This document shows, one piece after another, positions 49,286 through 61,123 of a stretch of 64,000 nt of DNA. Position 1 is the first letter of the stretch; each line of letters starts with the position of its first letter. The DNA is from an uncultured Nitrospiraceae bacterium. Its GTDB lineage: Bacteria; Nitrospirota; Nitrospiria; Nitrospirales; Nitrospiraceae. The notes under the pieces are model-generated. The model was not told where the DNA came from. It worked only from the letters and a program-made list of their open reading frames with translations, and did not search any database. A program made the position numbers and the translations under genes. The stretch spans positions 416,001 through 480,000 of the forward strand of contig CAWJWJ010000002.1 of assembly GCA_963846575.1 (NCBI GenBank), in the 5' to 3' direction.

Positions 49286-49928
49286 TGTACGCGTATTACT
49301 AGCCGAAGATCATACCTTGGTGCGCGCAGGTTTCAGGATGTTGCTGGAAAAGATTCCGGGTGTTCTCGTCATCGGAGAAGTCAGCGATGGCCGGATCGCA
49401 GTGAAGACGTCGAAAGAACTCGAACCTGATGTTGTGTTGATGGATATCGCCATGCCGGGGATGAACGGGCTCGAAGCGACTCGCCGCATCCGACAGGAGA
49501 GCCCGCGCATCAAGGTGTTAATGCTGTCCATGTACACGAATGAGGAGTATCTGAAGGAAGCGTTACGGGCAGGCGCGGCTGGTTATCTTCTCAAAGATGC
49601 CGATCGAAACGAACTTGAACTGGCCATTAACGTCGTGTGGCGGGGAGAGACCTATCTCACACCTAGCATGGCCAAGTTCGCCGTGGATGCCTATTGTCGA
49701 AAAGGGGAGGATCAGACCGGCCCACTGGCGCGTCTGACCGGTCGGCAGCGCGAAATCCTGCAATTGATCGCAGAGGGATGCTCTACGAAACAAATCGCGC
49801 AACGGCTGGAGCTGAGTGTCAAAACGGTAGAAACCCACCGGGCGCAGCTTATGGAGCGCCTTGAAATCCATGATGTTCCAGGTCTTGTCCGCCTAGCGAT
49901 CCGCACCGGTCTGGTCAAGCCAGATTAA
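49278..49928 (+). CDS. NarL/LuxR-family response regulator
   Basis: REC + LTGRQREILQLIAEGCSTKQIA...SVKTVETHR. Confidence 0.95.
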   Translation: MNNVRVLLAEDHTLVRAGFRMLLEKIPGVLVIGEVSDGRIAVKTSKELEPDVVLMDIAMPGMNGLEATRRIRQESPRIKVLMLSMYTNEEYLKEALRAGAAGYLLKDADRNELELAINVVWRGETYLTPSMAKFAVDAYCRKGEDQTGPLARLTGRQREILQLIAEGCSTKQIAQRLELSVKTVETHRAQLMERLEIHDVPGLVRLAIRTGLVKPD

Positions 49929-50681
49929 GCTCCCGATCGCCTCAACTTTGTATTACCTAAGGTGTTTTTCGACTCTTTCCAAGGGTAACCCCGATTCCTT
50001 CGTTGTGGTGTGATATGGCACCTTGCTTGCCATATTTGCCGTCAAGCAGGGGGACGGGCGCCTTGCGAAACTCTCGAGAAAAACTCGGGGGAGAGGCGGG
50101 CAGAAAACTCGACAAGCAGTAGTCGCATCGAGCGATAGAAGCTCGTGAACGGTGCGGCGATTTCACAATAAGTGGAGCCATGTGTGATGAAACACGCGAC
50201 TTCTCTCTTGAGCAGAGCCAACAATCGCCTGCGAGTTTTATCCCGCAGCCTCCTGGATGGCCGGGAGTTTGACCGATGCTCGATCGCACAGGACTTGCGT
50301 GACGAGAACGGGCACGTCATTCCCCTCATCACGCTGAATGTTTGTGAGATCGGAAAACCGCCGGGACATCCGAGTGTTGCGCTGTGTGAGGAATAGCTGG
50401 CCGATGGCTTCCCGAATGTAGATCAACTGCTCCGACATCTCCGCCGGTTAGCGTCGGATACGAAGGCTCACAATCCGTGATGGAGTGGACCCAACCCCGT
50501 GGTGAAACGGGGTCCCTCGAAGGAGATGCCCATGAAGCACATGACTCCTCATGCAAACTTCAGTGATCTGAAGCTGAAGGACAATCAGTTTAAAAAACTG
50601 GCTCTGGCGTCCGCGATTCTTCTAGTGACAGTCCTTGCCATCCTCATTCTGGAACTGCCCGGAATCAGGCGCTGACTGCAC

Positions 50682-51071
50682 GTGAACCTCCCTAGCCTAA
50701 AGATATCGCGCCTATCCGGGAATGATGCGACAGCCAACTGGTATTCATCGAATGCCTGCATAATTGTCGAGCGACGAAGGCATAATCTGCCAAATCGGCT
50801 GGCGATACTCACCGCCGTAGCTACCGGCTTCATGCTCGTGATTCTCCTCATCCTAGACCTCGGAGAGATGGCGACCGGAGTTGTCCATCAGTTACGGAGT
50901 GAGAGTCCCTTTCCAGATAGCAAGGAAGGTCAGGTGCGCTCAATGAGACCCAAGCCGAATCCCGGTCGGCGGGCGACTGAGAACTATGGGGATGGTGCGC
51001 ACGGCAATAACCTGGGGACCCAATGGTATTCCCGGCAGGACGGCGGGTTTGCCGCAGGTTCAAGACTCTAA
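50682..51071 (+). CDS. Hypothetical single-TM protein
   Basis: ERRR + hydrophobic helix; weak support. Confidence 0.3.
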   Translation: MNLPSLKISRLSGNDATANWYSSNACIIVERRRHNLPNRLAILTAVATGFMLVILLILDLGEMATGVVHQLRSESPFPDSKEGQVRSMRPKPNPGRRATENYGDGAHGNNLGTQWYSRQDGGFAAGSRL

Positions 51072-51741
51072 GATCGTCGAGTCCGACAGCCCCATTAGTG
51101 ATGACCGTATGGTAAGGCCCCGAACATCTGTTGCCTCCATGCCTGACAGATGCAATGGTTAGCTCTCTAAGAATGGCGGCGCCAAGAAGAACATGGGCGA
51201 ATCGAGGCCTCAGATGTTTCCACAAGTTTCGTAACGTGCCGCCTCTGAAACGTTCATGAGGTAGGGGCCATGGGACCTTCAGCCTATTGTCGGGATTGTT
51301 GAATGCTGGTGGCGATGGCAAAACATCGGAGGACCGGCAGCGGTTGGATGTTCTGCTGAATGCGTGGAGGTCCGGGGGCGAACTCGAACAGCGGGAGGGC
51401 CCGTGCGAGCGGTGCGGCCACTATATGGAGGTGAGCTACTACGAGGTGACTACTTAAGCCGTCTTCATGCAGGTGGAGCGTATCAACGATTGGATCGCTG
51501 GCTCAGAAGGACTCCGCCAACAAAAAAGAGCAGAGTTCCTGCGGAGCGCGAGCCTCACTTGCCTCGGTCTACCTCACTCTGATTTTCGTGCTGATGCGTT
51601 GTCATCGGGGCTAGGGGATAGAACTGCGTGCACGACAGGGCCACGCATGTCTCGGCCCGCCATGGAAGTCTACGGACGTTGAAAATTGAGGGTCGGTGAA
51701 AGTCTAGCAAGGTCGAGGGATGCGGGGGAAGGCAGTCACGG

Positions 51742-52065
51742 TCATTTGTACACGACGGTGACCCGAGCGAGGAAATTCTGAAGGTGTTCCTGCTGATCCT
51801 GCAGCGCGATAAGGTTTTTCGCCATGGCGGCCTCTTCAAGGTGATGCCCGATCGTACTGATCTGGGCAAACCCATACCCTCCGCCATCGCCCTTCATGCG
51901 ATGGCCCAAAACCCGAATGGTATCCAGGTCTCCCTGCTGGAGGCAGGCAGCGATCGTGCTGAGGTCCCGCTGGCGATTGGCCAGGAATCCCGGCACGATG
52001 GCCTCCAGGTCGACGTCCACCTGTACGACAATTTTTTCTTCGGCAGTCGGGCGCGCGGGGATCAT
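51742..52065 (-). CDS. Hpt phosphotransfer protein
   Basis: [17 protein letters not shown]. Confidence 0.9.
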   Translation of the reverse strand: MIPARPTAEEKIVVQVDVDLEAIVPGFLANRQRDLSTIAACLQQGDLDTIRVLGHRMKGDGGGYGFAQISTIGHHLEEAAMAKNLIALQDQQEHLQNFLARVTVVYK

Positions 52066-53831
52066 TGAGGTCGGGTCCTTTCGAAGGCAGTCAACAGCTC
52101 TAAGAGTGTGATTCTCTTCAGCGGTTTGGTCATGTGGGCGTTGCAGCCTGCCTCAATGATTCGTGCGGATTCTTCCTTCAGTGCCAACGCCGTGAGCGCC
52201 ACGATCTTGACCGCGGGTAGGTCTTGCTCTTGTTCCCATTTGCGGATGGTTCTGGTGGCGGTGAGGCCGTCCATGACCGGCATCTGCATATCCATCAGGA
52301 TCAGGTCGTAATGTCCGTTCTGGAATTTTGCGACTCCGATCTGGCCGTTGTCGGCCAGATCCATTCGATGGGGGGTGTCCTTGAGGTAGGATTTGATCAG
52401 GATCTGGTTATCCGGCGAATCTTCGACAAGGAGAATCCGCAATGGCTTGCACAGGGAGGCTGCGGGCAAATGAGAATGCTGAGCGGTTGCCAGAAGACCA
52501 TTTTGGCTGCGTCCAAGGGCAATGCTGATAGTTTGTTGGAGATCAGGACGCCGGATCGGCTTGACCAAATACCCACCCAGGCCGAGTTCGTAAGTTCTGG
52601 CAATGTCGTCAGCCCAACGGTCGGAAGCCAACATGATGATCGTGAGGCCGCTGAGGCGATGATCATCTCGGATCCGCTCGATGACTTCAAACCCGTCCAT
52701 GCCGGGCATTCGGCAATCCAATAATAGGAGGCTAAAGGGCATGTTGGAAGCAGCCGCCTGGTTCAGCAGTTCCATGGCCTGCTCGCCGCACTCGGCTTCG
52801 TCCACGAGGGCCCCCCACCCGAATAGTGTTTCGCGCAGAATTAAGCGGTTGGTCGGGTAGTCATCCACCACCAGGCAGCGCAATCCTTTCAAATTCAGCG
52901 CGACGGGTACCTTGGATGCCGACGGAGCCGTTTGTACGCCGAGCCGAACTGCGCAATGAAAGGTGCTGCCTTCGCCGAGTGTGCTTTCGGCCCAGATTCG
53001 ACCACCCATGAGCTTGGCTAATTGCTGCGATATCGATAATCCCAGGCCTGTGCCGCCGTACTGACGGGCGATGGTGCTATGAGCCTGAGTAAATGTCTCG
53101 AAAATGGTTTTTAATTTATCCGGAGGGACTCCGATGCCGGTGTCCTTGATAGAGAATCGAATCCCGCCGGCTTCCCGGCAGTCTGGATCGTTGGTTATGG
53201 TCATGACCACTGAGCCCTGCTCGGTAAACTTGATCGCATTCCCAAGGAGGTTCAGGAGGATCTGGTACAGCCGATTAGGGTCGCCGATCAGATGGCAGGG
53301 GACGTCATGTGCCAGATGCGAAACCAGTTCGAGCCCCTTCTCATTGGCCCGAAGCGCCAGCATTTCGCTGGCCTTGTCGATCAACTCAGAGAGATCAAAG
53401 TCAATCCTGTCTAAATCCAGACGCCCTGATTCCACCTTGGAGAGGTCCAGAATGTCGTTAATGAGGCTCAGCAGACTCGCGCCAGCACGGCGAAAGATAC
53501 GCAGATATTTTCTTTGCTCAGACGTGAGGGCGGTTTCCCATAACAGATCTGCCATGCCGATGATGGCGTTCATGGGAGTCCGAATCTCATGGCTCATGCT
53601 GGCCAGGAATTCACTCTTGGCACGATTGGCGACCTCAGCGGCGTCCTTGGCGGTCTGAAGCTCTGCGACGCGGCGCTCCAGTTCGCCGGAGACGCGCTGT
53701 AGGGCCCGTTCCGCCCGCCGGCGTGCAGCCTGTTCGCGTTGTAAGGCCGTGAGCGGACGAGAAGGAGTACGGGACACGGGTTTTGCCGGGGGGGCGGAGG
53801 TTCGGTGGGGATGAGCTGCGCGTTTCGCCAT
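52062..53831 (-). CDS. Hybrid histidine kinase (HisKA-HATPase-REC-REC)
   Basis: [26 protein letters not shown], two REC domains. Confidence 0.95.
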   Translation of the reverse strand: MAKRAAHPHRTSAPPAKPVSRTPSRPLTALQREQAARRRAERALQRVSGELERRVAELQTAKDAAEVANRAKSEFLASMSHEIRTPMNAIIGMADLLWETALTSEQRKYLRIFRRAGASLLSLINDILDLSKVESGRLDLDRIDFDLSELIDKASEMLALRANEKGLELVSHLAHDVPCHLIGDPNRLYQILLNLLGNAIKFTEQGSVVMTITNDPDCREAGGIRFSIKDTGIGVPPDKLKTIFETFTQAHSTIARQYGGTGLGLSISQQLAKLMGGRIWAESTLGEGSTFHCAVRLGVQTAPSASKVPVALNLKGLRCLVVDDYPTNRLILRETLFGWGALVDEAECGEQAMELLNQAAASNMPFSLLLLDCRMPGMDGFEVIERIRDDHRLSGLTIIMLASDRWADDIARTYELGLGGYLVKPIRRPDLQQTISIALGRSQNGLLATAQHSHLPAASLCKPLRILLVEDSPDNQILIKSYLKDTPHRMDLADNGQIGVAKFQNGHYDLILMDMQMPVMDGLTATRTIRKWEQEQDLPAVKIVALTALALKEESARIIEAGCNAHMTKPLKRITLLELLTAFERTRPQ

Positions 53832-53898
53832 GTCCTGGTCGGATCGTGTTCAGCCCCGGATGGGGATGCGGAATGGACCGCACATCGGCGTGAGGCCG

Positions 53899-54903
53899 TT
53901 AGTCCTTATGAATGTGATGCACCAATGTCAGCACGCCGGCCTGTTTGGCGCGATTGCGCCCTTCCTGTTTCGCTTGGTATAGCGCTTGATCGGCGGCCCG
54001 TATCAGATCGGTCGGGGCCGCAACGCGGTTCGGTACCGTACTCGCGAAGCCAAGACTGATAGTAATGGGATCTCCATTGGGATGTTTGATTTCAGCCTCA
54101 CAGACCTTTCGCCTCAGCGTATCCGCAACCTGTGCCGCGCCTTCCACCGTGGTTCCCGGTAAGACGATGACGAACTCGTCGCCCCCGTAGCGGGCTACCA
54201 AGTCACCGGGACGGTTGACATGGCTGGAAATAAGTTGGGCGACCTGGCGCAGACACTCATCGCCGGCCTGGTGTCCGTGGCTGTCGTTGTAGGTCTTGAA
54301 AAAATCGATATCCAGCATGATCAGAGACAGTGGCGTCGATTCGCGGGCGGCCCGCCGCCATTCCTGATCAAGGAAGTCGTCGAATTGCCGCCGATTCGTA
54401 ATCCCCGTCAAGCCGTCAAGACAGGAGAGGCGTAACAACATCTGATTGGCTTCCTGGAGCTGGCGCATGACCTCGAGGAGTTCCTGCTCGCGTGCGCGCC
54501 GCCGTTCGATTTCATGGACGAGGCGGAGCACGCAGCGGACGCGCGTCAAGAGCTCAATCTTGCTGAGGGGCTTCGCCACATAATCGATCGCGCCGGCGGC
54601 AAAGGCGAGTTGCAGATCCACGGGATCCGTTTTGACCGTAGCCATAATGATGGGGATGTCCCGATAGCGTTCGACGGCTTTGATTTGCCGGCAGGCCTCG
54701 ATGCCGTTCGTAGACGGCATGACGATGTCCATTAATACCAGATCGACCCGGCCAGTCAGTTGCTTTCCGCCGTCGAGACCCAGGAGGCGAAACGCGGCTG
54801 CGGCGGATTCGGCAACGAAGGTTTCTTCATAACCGGCGTTCGTGAGAATAGATTGCATCAGGAGGCGATCGTCCGCCGAGTCATCGACGATCAAGATACC
54901 CAT
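53899..54903 (-). CDS. REC-GGDEF diguanylate cyclase
   Basis: [15 protein letters not shown]-site, RYGGDEF. Confidence 0.95.
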   Translation of the reverse strand: MGILIVDDSADDRLLMQSILTNAGYEETFVAESAAAAFRLLGLDGGKQLTGRVDLVLMDIVMPSTNGIEACRQIKAVERYRDIPIIMATVKTDPVDLQLAFAAGAIDYVAKPLSKIELLTRVRCVLRLVHEIERRRAREQELLEVMRQLQEANQMLLRLSCLDGLTGITNRRQFDDFLDQEWRRAARESTPLSLIMLDIDFFKTYNDSHGHQAGDECLRQVAQLISSHVNRPGDLVARYGGDEFVIVLPGTTVEGAAQVADTLRRKVCEAEIKHPNGDPITISLGFASTVPNRVAAPTDLIRAADQALYQAKQEGRNRAKQAGVLTLVHHIHKD

Positions 54904-54947
54904 GGCAGCAGTCTCCGTAGGGGTGTGTCGTAGGAGGATGCTAGCAG

Positions 54948-55595
54948 CTAGTCTGCGTAAACACCAGGGTAAAGCTTTTTGATGCAGGGGGTGCAGAGTC
55001 CGTGACTGAATTCGGCTTCGGAATGTTGTTGGAGGTATTCCTCTAACTGTTGCCAGAATCCTTGATCGTTGCGGATCTTCTTGCAGGAGGCACAGATCGG
55101 CACGAGACCTTTGAGGACCTTCACTTCGCGCAGGGCTTGTTGCAGTTCTTCATTGCTGCGCCGCAGTTCCCGTTCGCGCGCTTTGCGGCAATCCATTTCT
55201 TTTTTTAACATGAGCGCAGAGTTGACACGGGCGAGAAGTTCTACGCTATTGACCGGCTTGTTGATGAAGTCCATGGCGCCGGCTGAGAAGGCGGCTTGCA
55301 GATTATCGAGATCCGTTTTTGCCGTGACGACGATCACGGGGATATCCCGAAGACGGTCCAGGCTCTTGAGATGGCGAGTGGCGGCCACCCCGTCTGTGCC
55401 GGGCATGAGGAAGTCCATGAGAATGAGATCAATCGAAGGTGGAATATCTGATGTCGAAGCAGACGTCGCGCCGAGTAGGTCATACGCGGAGGAGGCCGAT
55501 TCTGCGACGAGCAACTCGGAATAACCGGCTTTGTTCAAAATCGTACGGAGCAGCAATTGCTGGTCCGGCGAATCGTCAACGATCAAAATGCTCAT
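54948..55595 (-). CDS. Response regulator with Cys-rich C-terminal domain
   Basis: REC + coiled coil + [10 protein letters not shown]...SHGLCTPC. Confidence 0.9.
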   Translation of the reverse strand: MSILIVDDSPDQQLLLRTILNKAGYSELLVAESASSAYDLLGATSASTSDIPPSIDLILMDFLMPGTDGVAATRHLKSLDRLRDIPVIVVTAKTDLDNLQAAFSAGAMDFINKPVNSVELLARVNSALMLKKEMDCRKARERELRRSNEELQQALREVKVLKGLVPICASCKKIRNDQGFWQQLEEYLQQHSEAEFSHGLCTPCIKKLYPGVYAD

Positions 55596-55748
55596 GTGTC
55601 GACCTCATCCGATGGTTGGCCTGAGAGACCTCGAGAGATACGATGGGATAGCCGGACAGTCGACATCCCGCAGACGAGATCCGCTCTTGTAGTCCGTCAT
55701 ATTCGTATCGGCAGATTGGATGGCCAGGTTGAGTCTAGCGGGTGGGGG

Positions 55749-56198
55749 CTAACGTTGGAGGGCGGTCTTCACCAATTCACTTACCAGCTTGCCGTCGACG
55801 GATTGACCGGCCAGGCGGGCCATGACCGCTTTCATTACGCTGCCCAGCTCTTTGAGAGAGGACGCGCCGCATTCCTTGACCACGGCCTCGACGACCTCTG
55901 CTATTTCGCCGGAGGAAAGGGCGTTCGGGAGATATCCCTCGATGATGGTAATCTCAAGCCGTTCCTTTGTGGCGAGGTCTTGCCGGTTGCCTTTCTCGAA
56001 TTGCTCGGCAGCCTCTTTTCGCTGCTTGATCAGAGTGGTCATAATCCGGCTCATGCCTGCATCGTCCAGATCTTGCTTGAGTTCGACTTCCTTGTACTGC
56101 ACAGCGGCTTTGATCATGCGAATAACGTCCATGCGCAGTTGATCCCTGGACTTCATCGCCGATTTCAAATCCTCGCTCAATCGATCATGCAGTGACAT
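55749..56198 (-). CDS. yqeY: GatB/YqeY domain protein
   Basis: DLKSAMKSRD, KQRKEAAEQFEKGNRQDL, ELGSVMK, DGKLVS. Confidence 0.93.
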   Translation of the reverse strand: MSLHDRLSEDLKSAMKSRDQLRMDVIRMIKAAVQYKEVELKQDLDDAGMSRIMTTLIKQRKEAAEQFEKGNRQDLATKERLEITIIEGYLPNALSSGEIAEVVEAVVKECGASSLKELGSVMKAVMARLAGQSVDGKLVSELVKTALQR

Positions 56199-56412
56199 AG
56201 GCGTCCTTTCAGGTGGGAAGCAGTACCGGCCTGCAGAATAGCTTTTTTGCAGGAGGCAGTCAACGCAAGGGCCGCTCGACCGTGGGACGAGAAAGCGAGG
56301 GGCCCTCCAAGGCCAGGGTTTTCAAGTTGAGAGCCGAGGGAGTCTGTCCCATAATGAATGAATGTGCGTGAAGGCGATCCGGCAGAGAACAGATAAATGG
56401 AGGGGTCCTGAG

Positions 56413-56625
56413 ATGAATGACAGGAACGGGTGCAGGGGGGAGGGGAATCGGCTTGGGGTGATGGTGTGCGGCTTTCTTGCCAGCGCGTTGTTGGTCGCGG
56501 GTTGTGCCAGCGACAAAACAAAACCGATGGCTCAGCCATCACCGGAGCAGGTGAAGGGTAGTGCGGATCGCGCATTCGATAAGCTCAAACAGGAAGAACG
56601 GGATCGCAGGCCGGCCGGCATGTGA
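56413..56625 (+). CDS. Small lipoprotein
   Basis: Lipobox VAGC; GGAGGGG upstream. Confidence 0.6.
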   Translation: MNDRNGCRGEGNRLGVMVCGFLASALLVAGCASDKTKPMAQPSPEQVKGSADRAFDKLKQEERDRRPAGM

Positions 56626-56661
56626 TCGGCCCTGGCCGGGGACTCTTCATCCTAGGAGGGG

Positions 56662-58071
56662 TCAGGCAGGATTTCTCCAGGGCCAGAGGGCTGCGATCGG
56701 TTTGACCAGCGGGAGTTCCCACACCAGTTGCCGGCGAGACGGGGGGCGGAGTGGCCGGGGCTCGCCGAACGCGCCGAGCAAACTGGCGGCAATCACCAAT
56801 CGTAATGCGCCGGAGAGGCAGAATAGGAAGGGCAGGTTCGAAGCCGGCGTCAGTTCCCAAACGCCAATCGAAAGATGGGTGGGTATCATGGTAGCGAGCC
56901 AGCTGCCAGTGAGGGCTCCGAGACCCCATCCGATCGCATTCACCCCGTTGCCAAGCGCGACGCCTCGCGTGCGCTCCTCGGGCCGGACCGAATCAAAGAC
57001 ATAGTTCTGCAGCCCGAGCGACAATCCTGCCCAGATCACGCCGCCTCCGAAGTTCCACAGCACCAAGAACAAATACTGCTCGCTTAACAGGTACCCCATG
57101 GGCAGCAGGGGCACTGCCAATCCGGTAACCGCCAACAGCGTCTTATTGCCGTATCGATCGCCGAGTTGTCCCCAGGCGGTGAGGGTGAGGAACTGCGCCG
57201 AAATGCTGCTGGCCATCCATCCGGCATACTGCAGATACGTCCACTGTAAATCCCGCAGCAAATAGACCACGAAGAATGGTCCGGAAAGGAGGACGGCGAA
57301 ATGCATCAAACCTGAAAATAGGAGGAAGTACCGAAAATCTGCAGTGGCGGTTTCGGTGAGAAAATGGCGGAATCCGTGGGGGGCTTCGATCTGATGTGTC
57401 GGGACCAGCGTGGAGATGTTGGTCTGGCAGCGAGTGGCTCCTACTCGAGCCGCGGCGGCACCCAAGAAGATGATCACGAATCCGACCCAGCTGATCTCCC
57501 ATTCCTGGCCGATGGTTAGGACTGCACCAGCCACTCCCAAGGCAACAAAACTGGTCAATGCCGTGATGCGGGCTCGACGGGCAAAATAGGTGCCCCGGTT
57601 ACTTGCATCGACGAGATCAATCAGCAGACTGTTCCAGACTGGAATTGTGGCCTGACCGAAGGCAAAGTAGGCCATAGCGCAACCGATTAAGAGCCAGGGG
57701 CCATGTTCGGGCACGAGCAAGGGCAGGGCCAGCAGCGGGATCCAGCAGATGGCTTGCCCCCAACCGCCGGCGCGGATGAGGTCGCCGGGCACACGGAAGT
57801 ACCGGCGAAGTTTGACCGAACAGAGCTGAGCGAGCATGCCGACCAGTTGAGGCAGTGCGGAGAGTATGCCGATGTGGAAGGAAGATGCCTGTAGGAGCAA
57901 CGCGAAGGCGGAAAAATAACTTTCCCCGCCGCCTTGGGCTGCTGCTTGGAAGGCCGCGTCGCGGGCGCCATAACGCTGGCCGAGAGCCTTCACGTCCGGG
58001 TCGAGCGGAGTTTTTCCATCATCGGAAGACGGAACGGAAGCCATGTGCCGCTCGGCGGGTAACTGATTCAT
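56662..58071 (-). CDS. MFS transporter
   Basis: ~12 TM; WGQLGDRYGNK motif A variant; RGTYFARR. Confidence 0.9.
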   Translation of the reverse strand: MNQLPAERHMASVPSSDDGKTPLDPDVKALGQRYGARDAAFQAAAQGGGESYFSAFALLLQASSFHIGILSALPQLVGMLAQLCSVKLRRYFRVPGDLIRAGGWGQAICWIPLLALPLLVPEHGPWLLIGCAMAYFAFGQATIPVWNSLLIDLVDASNRGTYFARRARITALTSFVALGVAGAVLTIGQEWEISWVGFVIIFLGAAAARVGATRCQTNISTLVPTHQIEAPHGFRHFLTETATADFRYFLLFSGLMHFAVLLSGPFFVVYLLRDLQWTYLQYAGWMASSISAQFLTLTAWGQLGDRYGNKTLLAVTGLAVPLLPMGYLLSEQYLFLVLWNFGGGVIWAGLSLGLQNYVFDSVRPEERTRGVALGNGVNAIGWGLGALTGSWLATMIPTHLSIGVWELTPASNLPFLFCLSGALRLVIAASLLGAFGEPRPLRPPSRRQLVWELPLVKPIAALWPWRNPA

Positions 58072-58274
58072 GAGGCGACGCGGGACCGTGAAGGGAAGCA
58101 GGTATAGAGATAAATCCTTGAGGCCCGAGGTCTAGCGAAAGTATATCAGAACCAGGGGCCATAATACGCTTTGTCCCACGAAACACCCACCCCGTTGACC
58201 CCTACGCTGACACTGAGTACGATACGAGTATGAACTTGAATCCGTCATGGTCAACTGTGCGGCGATGCCTTCAC

Positions 58275-58925
58275 ATGGATCTCGGCCTGCCACCCTACCG
58301 TCTGGTCTCGGCACTGCTTCTCACGGTTGGTCTAGGATTCTCACCGTCCGTAGTCCAGGGTCGTGACCTGATGGTTCCGAAGGAGCAGGAATCGACGGAG
58401 TTCGAGCCGACCGAGACGCCCTCGCTGGATACTCAACAACGAGGCGTTCCGCAGTCGCTTTTTACCTGGATCAAGATGGCGCGCGGGTACGAAGTGGAAT
58501 GGGATACATTCGGGAGAAAGGGCTGGTATACGCAGGATCCTCGTTTGAAGCCGATCGATCCGGGCACCACTCGATTCACGCCCGACACCCCGGCGGTGTA
58601 CATCGTCTTCGAGGTTGCTCCGCTGGAGGACCCCGCTCAATTTGCCGCACAGGTCTATCCGGTGTCGACGGAAGGCACAACGGCCGATACAGTCATCGTG
58701 AGCGATAGACTGGAGGTGCCGGGTCATGAGCGATATGGATTTCTCGAGTTGAGAAAACCTTCTGCCGGATGGCCGTCAGGAAAATACGTCGTCAAAATCT
58801 ACATCACCTCGCTGGGACAGCAGCCCTTCCACGCCGTCAATCAGGTTGGCATGATGCATTTTACCGTCACCGACGCCCCGGCTCCCGATGCCTCATCCTT
58901 CGTGCCGGATCCCACAACACGTTGA
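58275..58925 (+). CDS. Exported hypothetical protein
   Basis: Signal-like N-terminus; GWPSGKYVVKIYI beta-sandwich-like C-terminus; start uncertain. Confidence 0.65.
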   Translation: MDLGLPPYRLVSALLLTVGLGFSPSVVQGRDLMVPKEQESTEFEPTETPSLDTQQRGVPQSLFTWIKMARGYEVEWDTFGRKGWYTQDPRLKPIDPGTTRFTPDTPAVYIVFEVAPLEDPAQFAAQVYPVSTEGTTADTVIVSDRLEVPGHERYGFLELRKPSAGWPSGKYVVKIYITSLGQQPFHAVNQVGMMHFTVTDAPAPDASSFVPDPTTR

Positions 58926-59013
58926 AATCTCCCATAGCTTGGTCTAACGTGCATCACCGTCCGCCGTAGTCGACGGCGGCGACGGTCAGTCGATTTTACC
59001 CGGGAGTAAGTGC

Positions 59014-59289
59014 ATGAATGAAACCGATGCGGAGAAGTTGGCGCTGTTATACGAGCGTTTCTGTGACGTGTGTCTGGTAGAGAAGGAAGTCTGGACCGAG
59101 ATCTATATGCCTCGAACCTTTAAGGACGGTACCGCCGTCCGGACGAATATTCAAGACCGGTATGATGTGATCATCGATGACCCGTCGGTAGAAGACGCCT
59201 TGGAGGCGAATATCCCCCTTGGGAAGGCCGCGTTGAGCGCGGCCATTCAAGAATATCGAGCCCACATCAACTTTGAAAAGAAGGCGTGA
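59014..59289 (+). CDS. Hypothetical protein
   Basis: GGGAG RBS; 91 aa. Confidence 0.7.
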   Translation: MNETDAEKLALLYERFCDVCLVEKEVWTEIYMPRTFKDGTAVRTNIQDRYDVIIDDPSVEDALEANIPLGKAALSAAIQEYRAHINFEKKA

Positions 59290-59295
59290 GGCGCG

Positions 59296-59916
59296 TTACT
59301 GTCCGGCAAGAAAACGTTCGACGTCCTTCACGACCTCCGCGGCCAGGGGTTTTGTCCGATGGTGGTAACGAGCCACTACATTGCCGGAGCGGTCGACCAG
59401 GTACTTCTGGAAATTCCACTCCACCTCACCCGGAAATGGACTCTGTTCCGTCAGGTAGTGATAAAGGGGATGTTTGTCGCTTCCCTTCACGCTGATCTTG
59501 CTGAAGAGAGGAAACCCCACGCTGTACTTTGTCAGGCAAAAGCCCTTGATTTCCTCGTTGGTTCCAGGTTCTTGCTGGCCAAAATTATTGGCGGGGAAGG
59601 CAAGGATCTCAAAGCCCTTGTCCTTGTAACTCTCGTACATAGTTTCGAGGTCCGTATATTGCGGGGTATTGCCGCAGAAGCTGGCCGTGTTCACCAGCAT
59701 AATCACCTTTCCTTTGAACTGGCTCAGCGAAACCGGTTTCCCGTCGATGTCGTTCAGGGTGAAATCGTACACGGTCGATGCCTTAGCGGCCATACGGACT
59801 CCTCCTTGTTCTGCCGAACTCACTTGCTCGAGGCCTGGGAAGGCGCCTAGGCCAAGACTTATAAACAGCCCCCCAACGAGCACTTTCCAGGAACATGATG
59901 GTCGGATGAACGGCAT
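59296..59916 (-). CDS. Glutathione peroxidase family protein (Cys-type, signal peptide)
   Basis: VNTASFCGNTPQY, FPANNFGQQEPG, WNFQKYLVD. Confidence 0.95.
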   Translation of the reverse strand: MPFIRPSCSWKVLVGGLFISLGLGAFPGLEQVSSAEQGGVRMAAKASTVYDFTLNDIDGKPVSLSQFKGKVIMLVNTASFCGNTPQYTDLETMYESYKDKGFEILAFPANNFGQQEPGTNEEIKGFCLTKYSVGFPLFSKISVKGSDKHPLYHYLTEQSPFPGEVEWNFQKYLVDRSGNVVARYHHRTKPLAAEVVKDVERFLAGQ

Positions 59917-59931
59917 GGGAATACTCCTTGG

Positions 59932-60849
59932 TTAGAGTCGTTGCAAGGCTGCGACGCGCTCTTCAATCGGAGGGTGGGTTGCCAGCAAGTGCATGAAGCC
60001 CGACGTACTGCCGGAAATCTTCATGGTTGCCAGTGCGTCCTGAGTTGAATACTCGAATTGGGTGCGATTTACCCACCGGTCGATTCCCTGCAGCGCATTG
60101 ATCATCGACTGTTTCCCGTACACTTTTGCCGCGAATGCGTCTGCGGCAAACTCCCGGCGGCGGGAGTGCCAACTGACCACGACCATGGCCAACACCGACA
60201 GCACGACTTGCAGGAAGATGTAGACCACGAAGCCCAGAATGGGATTCCCGCTCTGACCTGCTTCCCGATCCCCCCCTTGAGGCTGCGCAACCATTTGGTA
60301 AACAAAGTTGCTGATGTAGTGAACGAATGTGTTCATCAGACCGGCCAAAACGGTGGTGGAAAACATGTCGCCGTTGAAGACATGGCCCATTTCATGGGCG
60401 AGCACCGATTTCACTTCGTCTTCGCGCAAATTCGCCAGGAGACCGGTCGACACGGCGACCATCGCATTATTCTTGCTGGGTCCGGTGGCAAAGGCATTGG
60501 GATCGGCTGACTCATAGACCCACACTTCCGGCATGGTGATGTGGAGGCGTTGGGCAATTTCCTGCACGGAGCCGTAAATGACATGTTCGGCATTCGTGCG
60601 CGGCTGCGTAATCTGGGTGCAATCCAACATGGCGCGCGCCATCTGTTTGGAAAGCAGTAGACTGATGAAGGCGCCGCCAAAGCCAATAACGAGGGACCAG
60701 ACCAGTAACTCTTGGCTGAACGCTCCCCGGACATCTATTCCGAAGGTCGGCAGCACGACATTGATCAAGACCCTGACGGTTATCGACAGGGTGAGATAGA
60801 TGAGCACGTTCGCAATGAGCAGCAACCCGATACCCTTCAGCGACTTCAT
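59932..60849 (-). CDS. htpX: Protease HtpX
   Basis: PNAFATG, LAHEMGH, SRRREFAAD, THPPIEERV. Confidence 0.96.
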   Translation of the reverse strand: MKSLKGIGLLLIANVLIYLTLSITVRVLINVVLPTFGIDVRGAFSQELLVWSLVIGFGGAFISLLLSKQMARAMLDCTQITQPRTNAEHVIYGSVQEIAQRLHITMPEVWVYESADPNAFATGPSKNNAMVAVSTGLLANLREDEVKSVLAHEMGHVFNGDMFSTTVLAGLMNTFVHYISNFVYQMVAQPQGGDREAGQSGNPILGFVVYIFLQVVLSVLAMVVVSWHSRRREFAADAFAAKVYGKQSMINALQGIDRWVNRTQFEYSTQDALATMKISGSTSGFMHLLATHPPIEERVAALQRL

Positions 60850-61123
60850 GTATGCCCTCCTTAAAGGCCGATTTCCGCGCTCTTCTCTGTCTCGGGCGAG
60901 AGGAAGCTGGTTACCATTATACCCAATTCGTCCTGACCTGCTCTGGGGATAGCAACAGGCGACGATTTGGATTCGGTATGGCAGATAATACCATTTTGCC
61001 ATACAGTCAAGGCTGGATGGGTCAGGGAGTCCTTCAGCGACAGAGGTCCATAGCAGCGGGACGGCGCGGCAAGCGGGCGCCGTCTGGTTGACCCACTCTC
61101 CGCCCTTCTGCTAGAAAAGCCCC

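Noticed and set aside
51268..51680. Possible decayed membrane-sensor gene fragments
   Set aside because: Multiple stops and no motif I can assign; not supportable.
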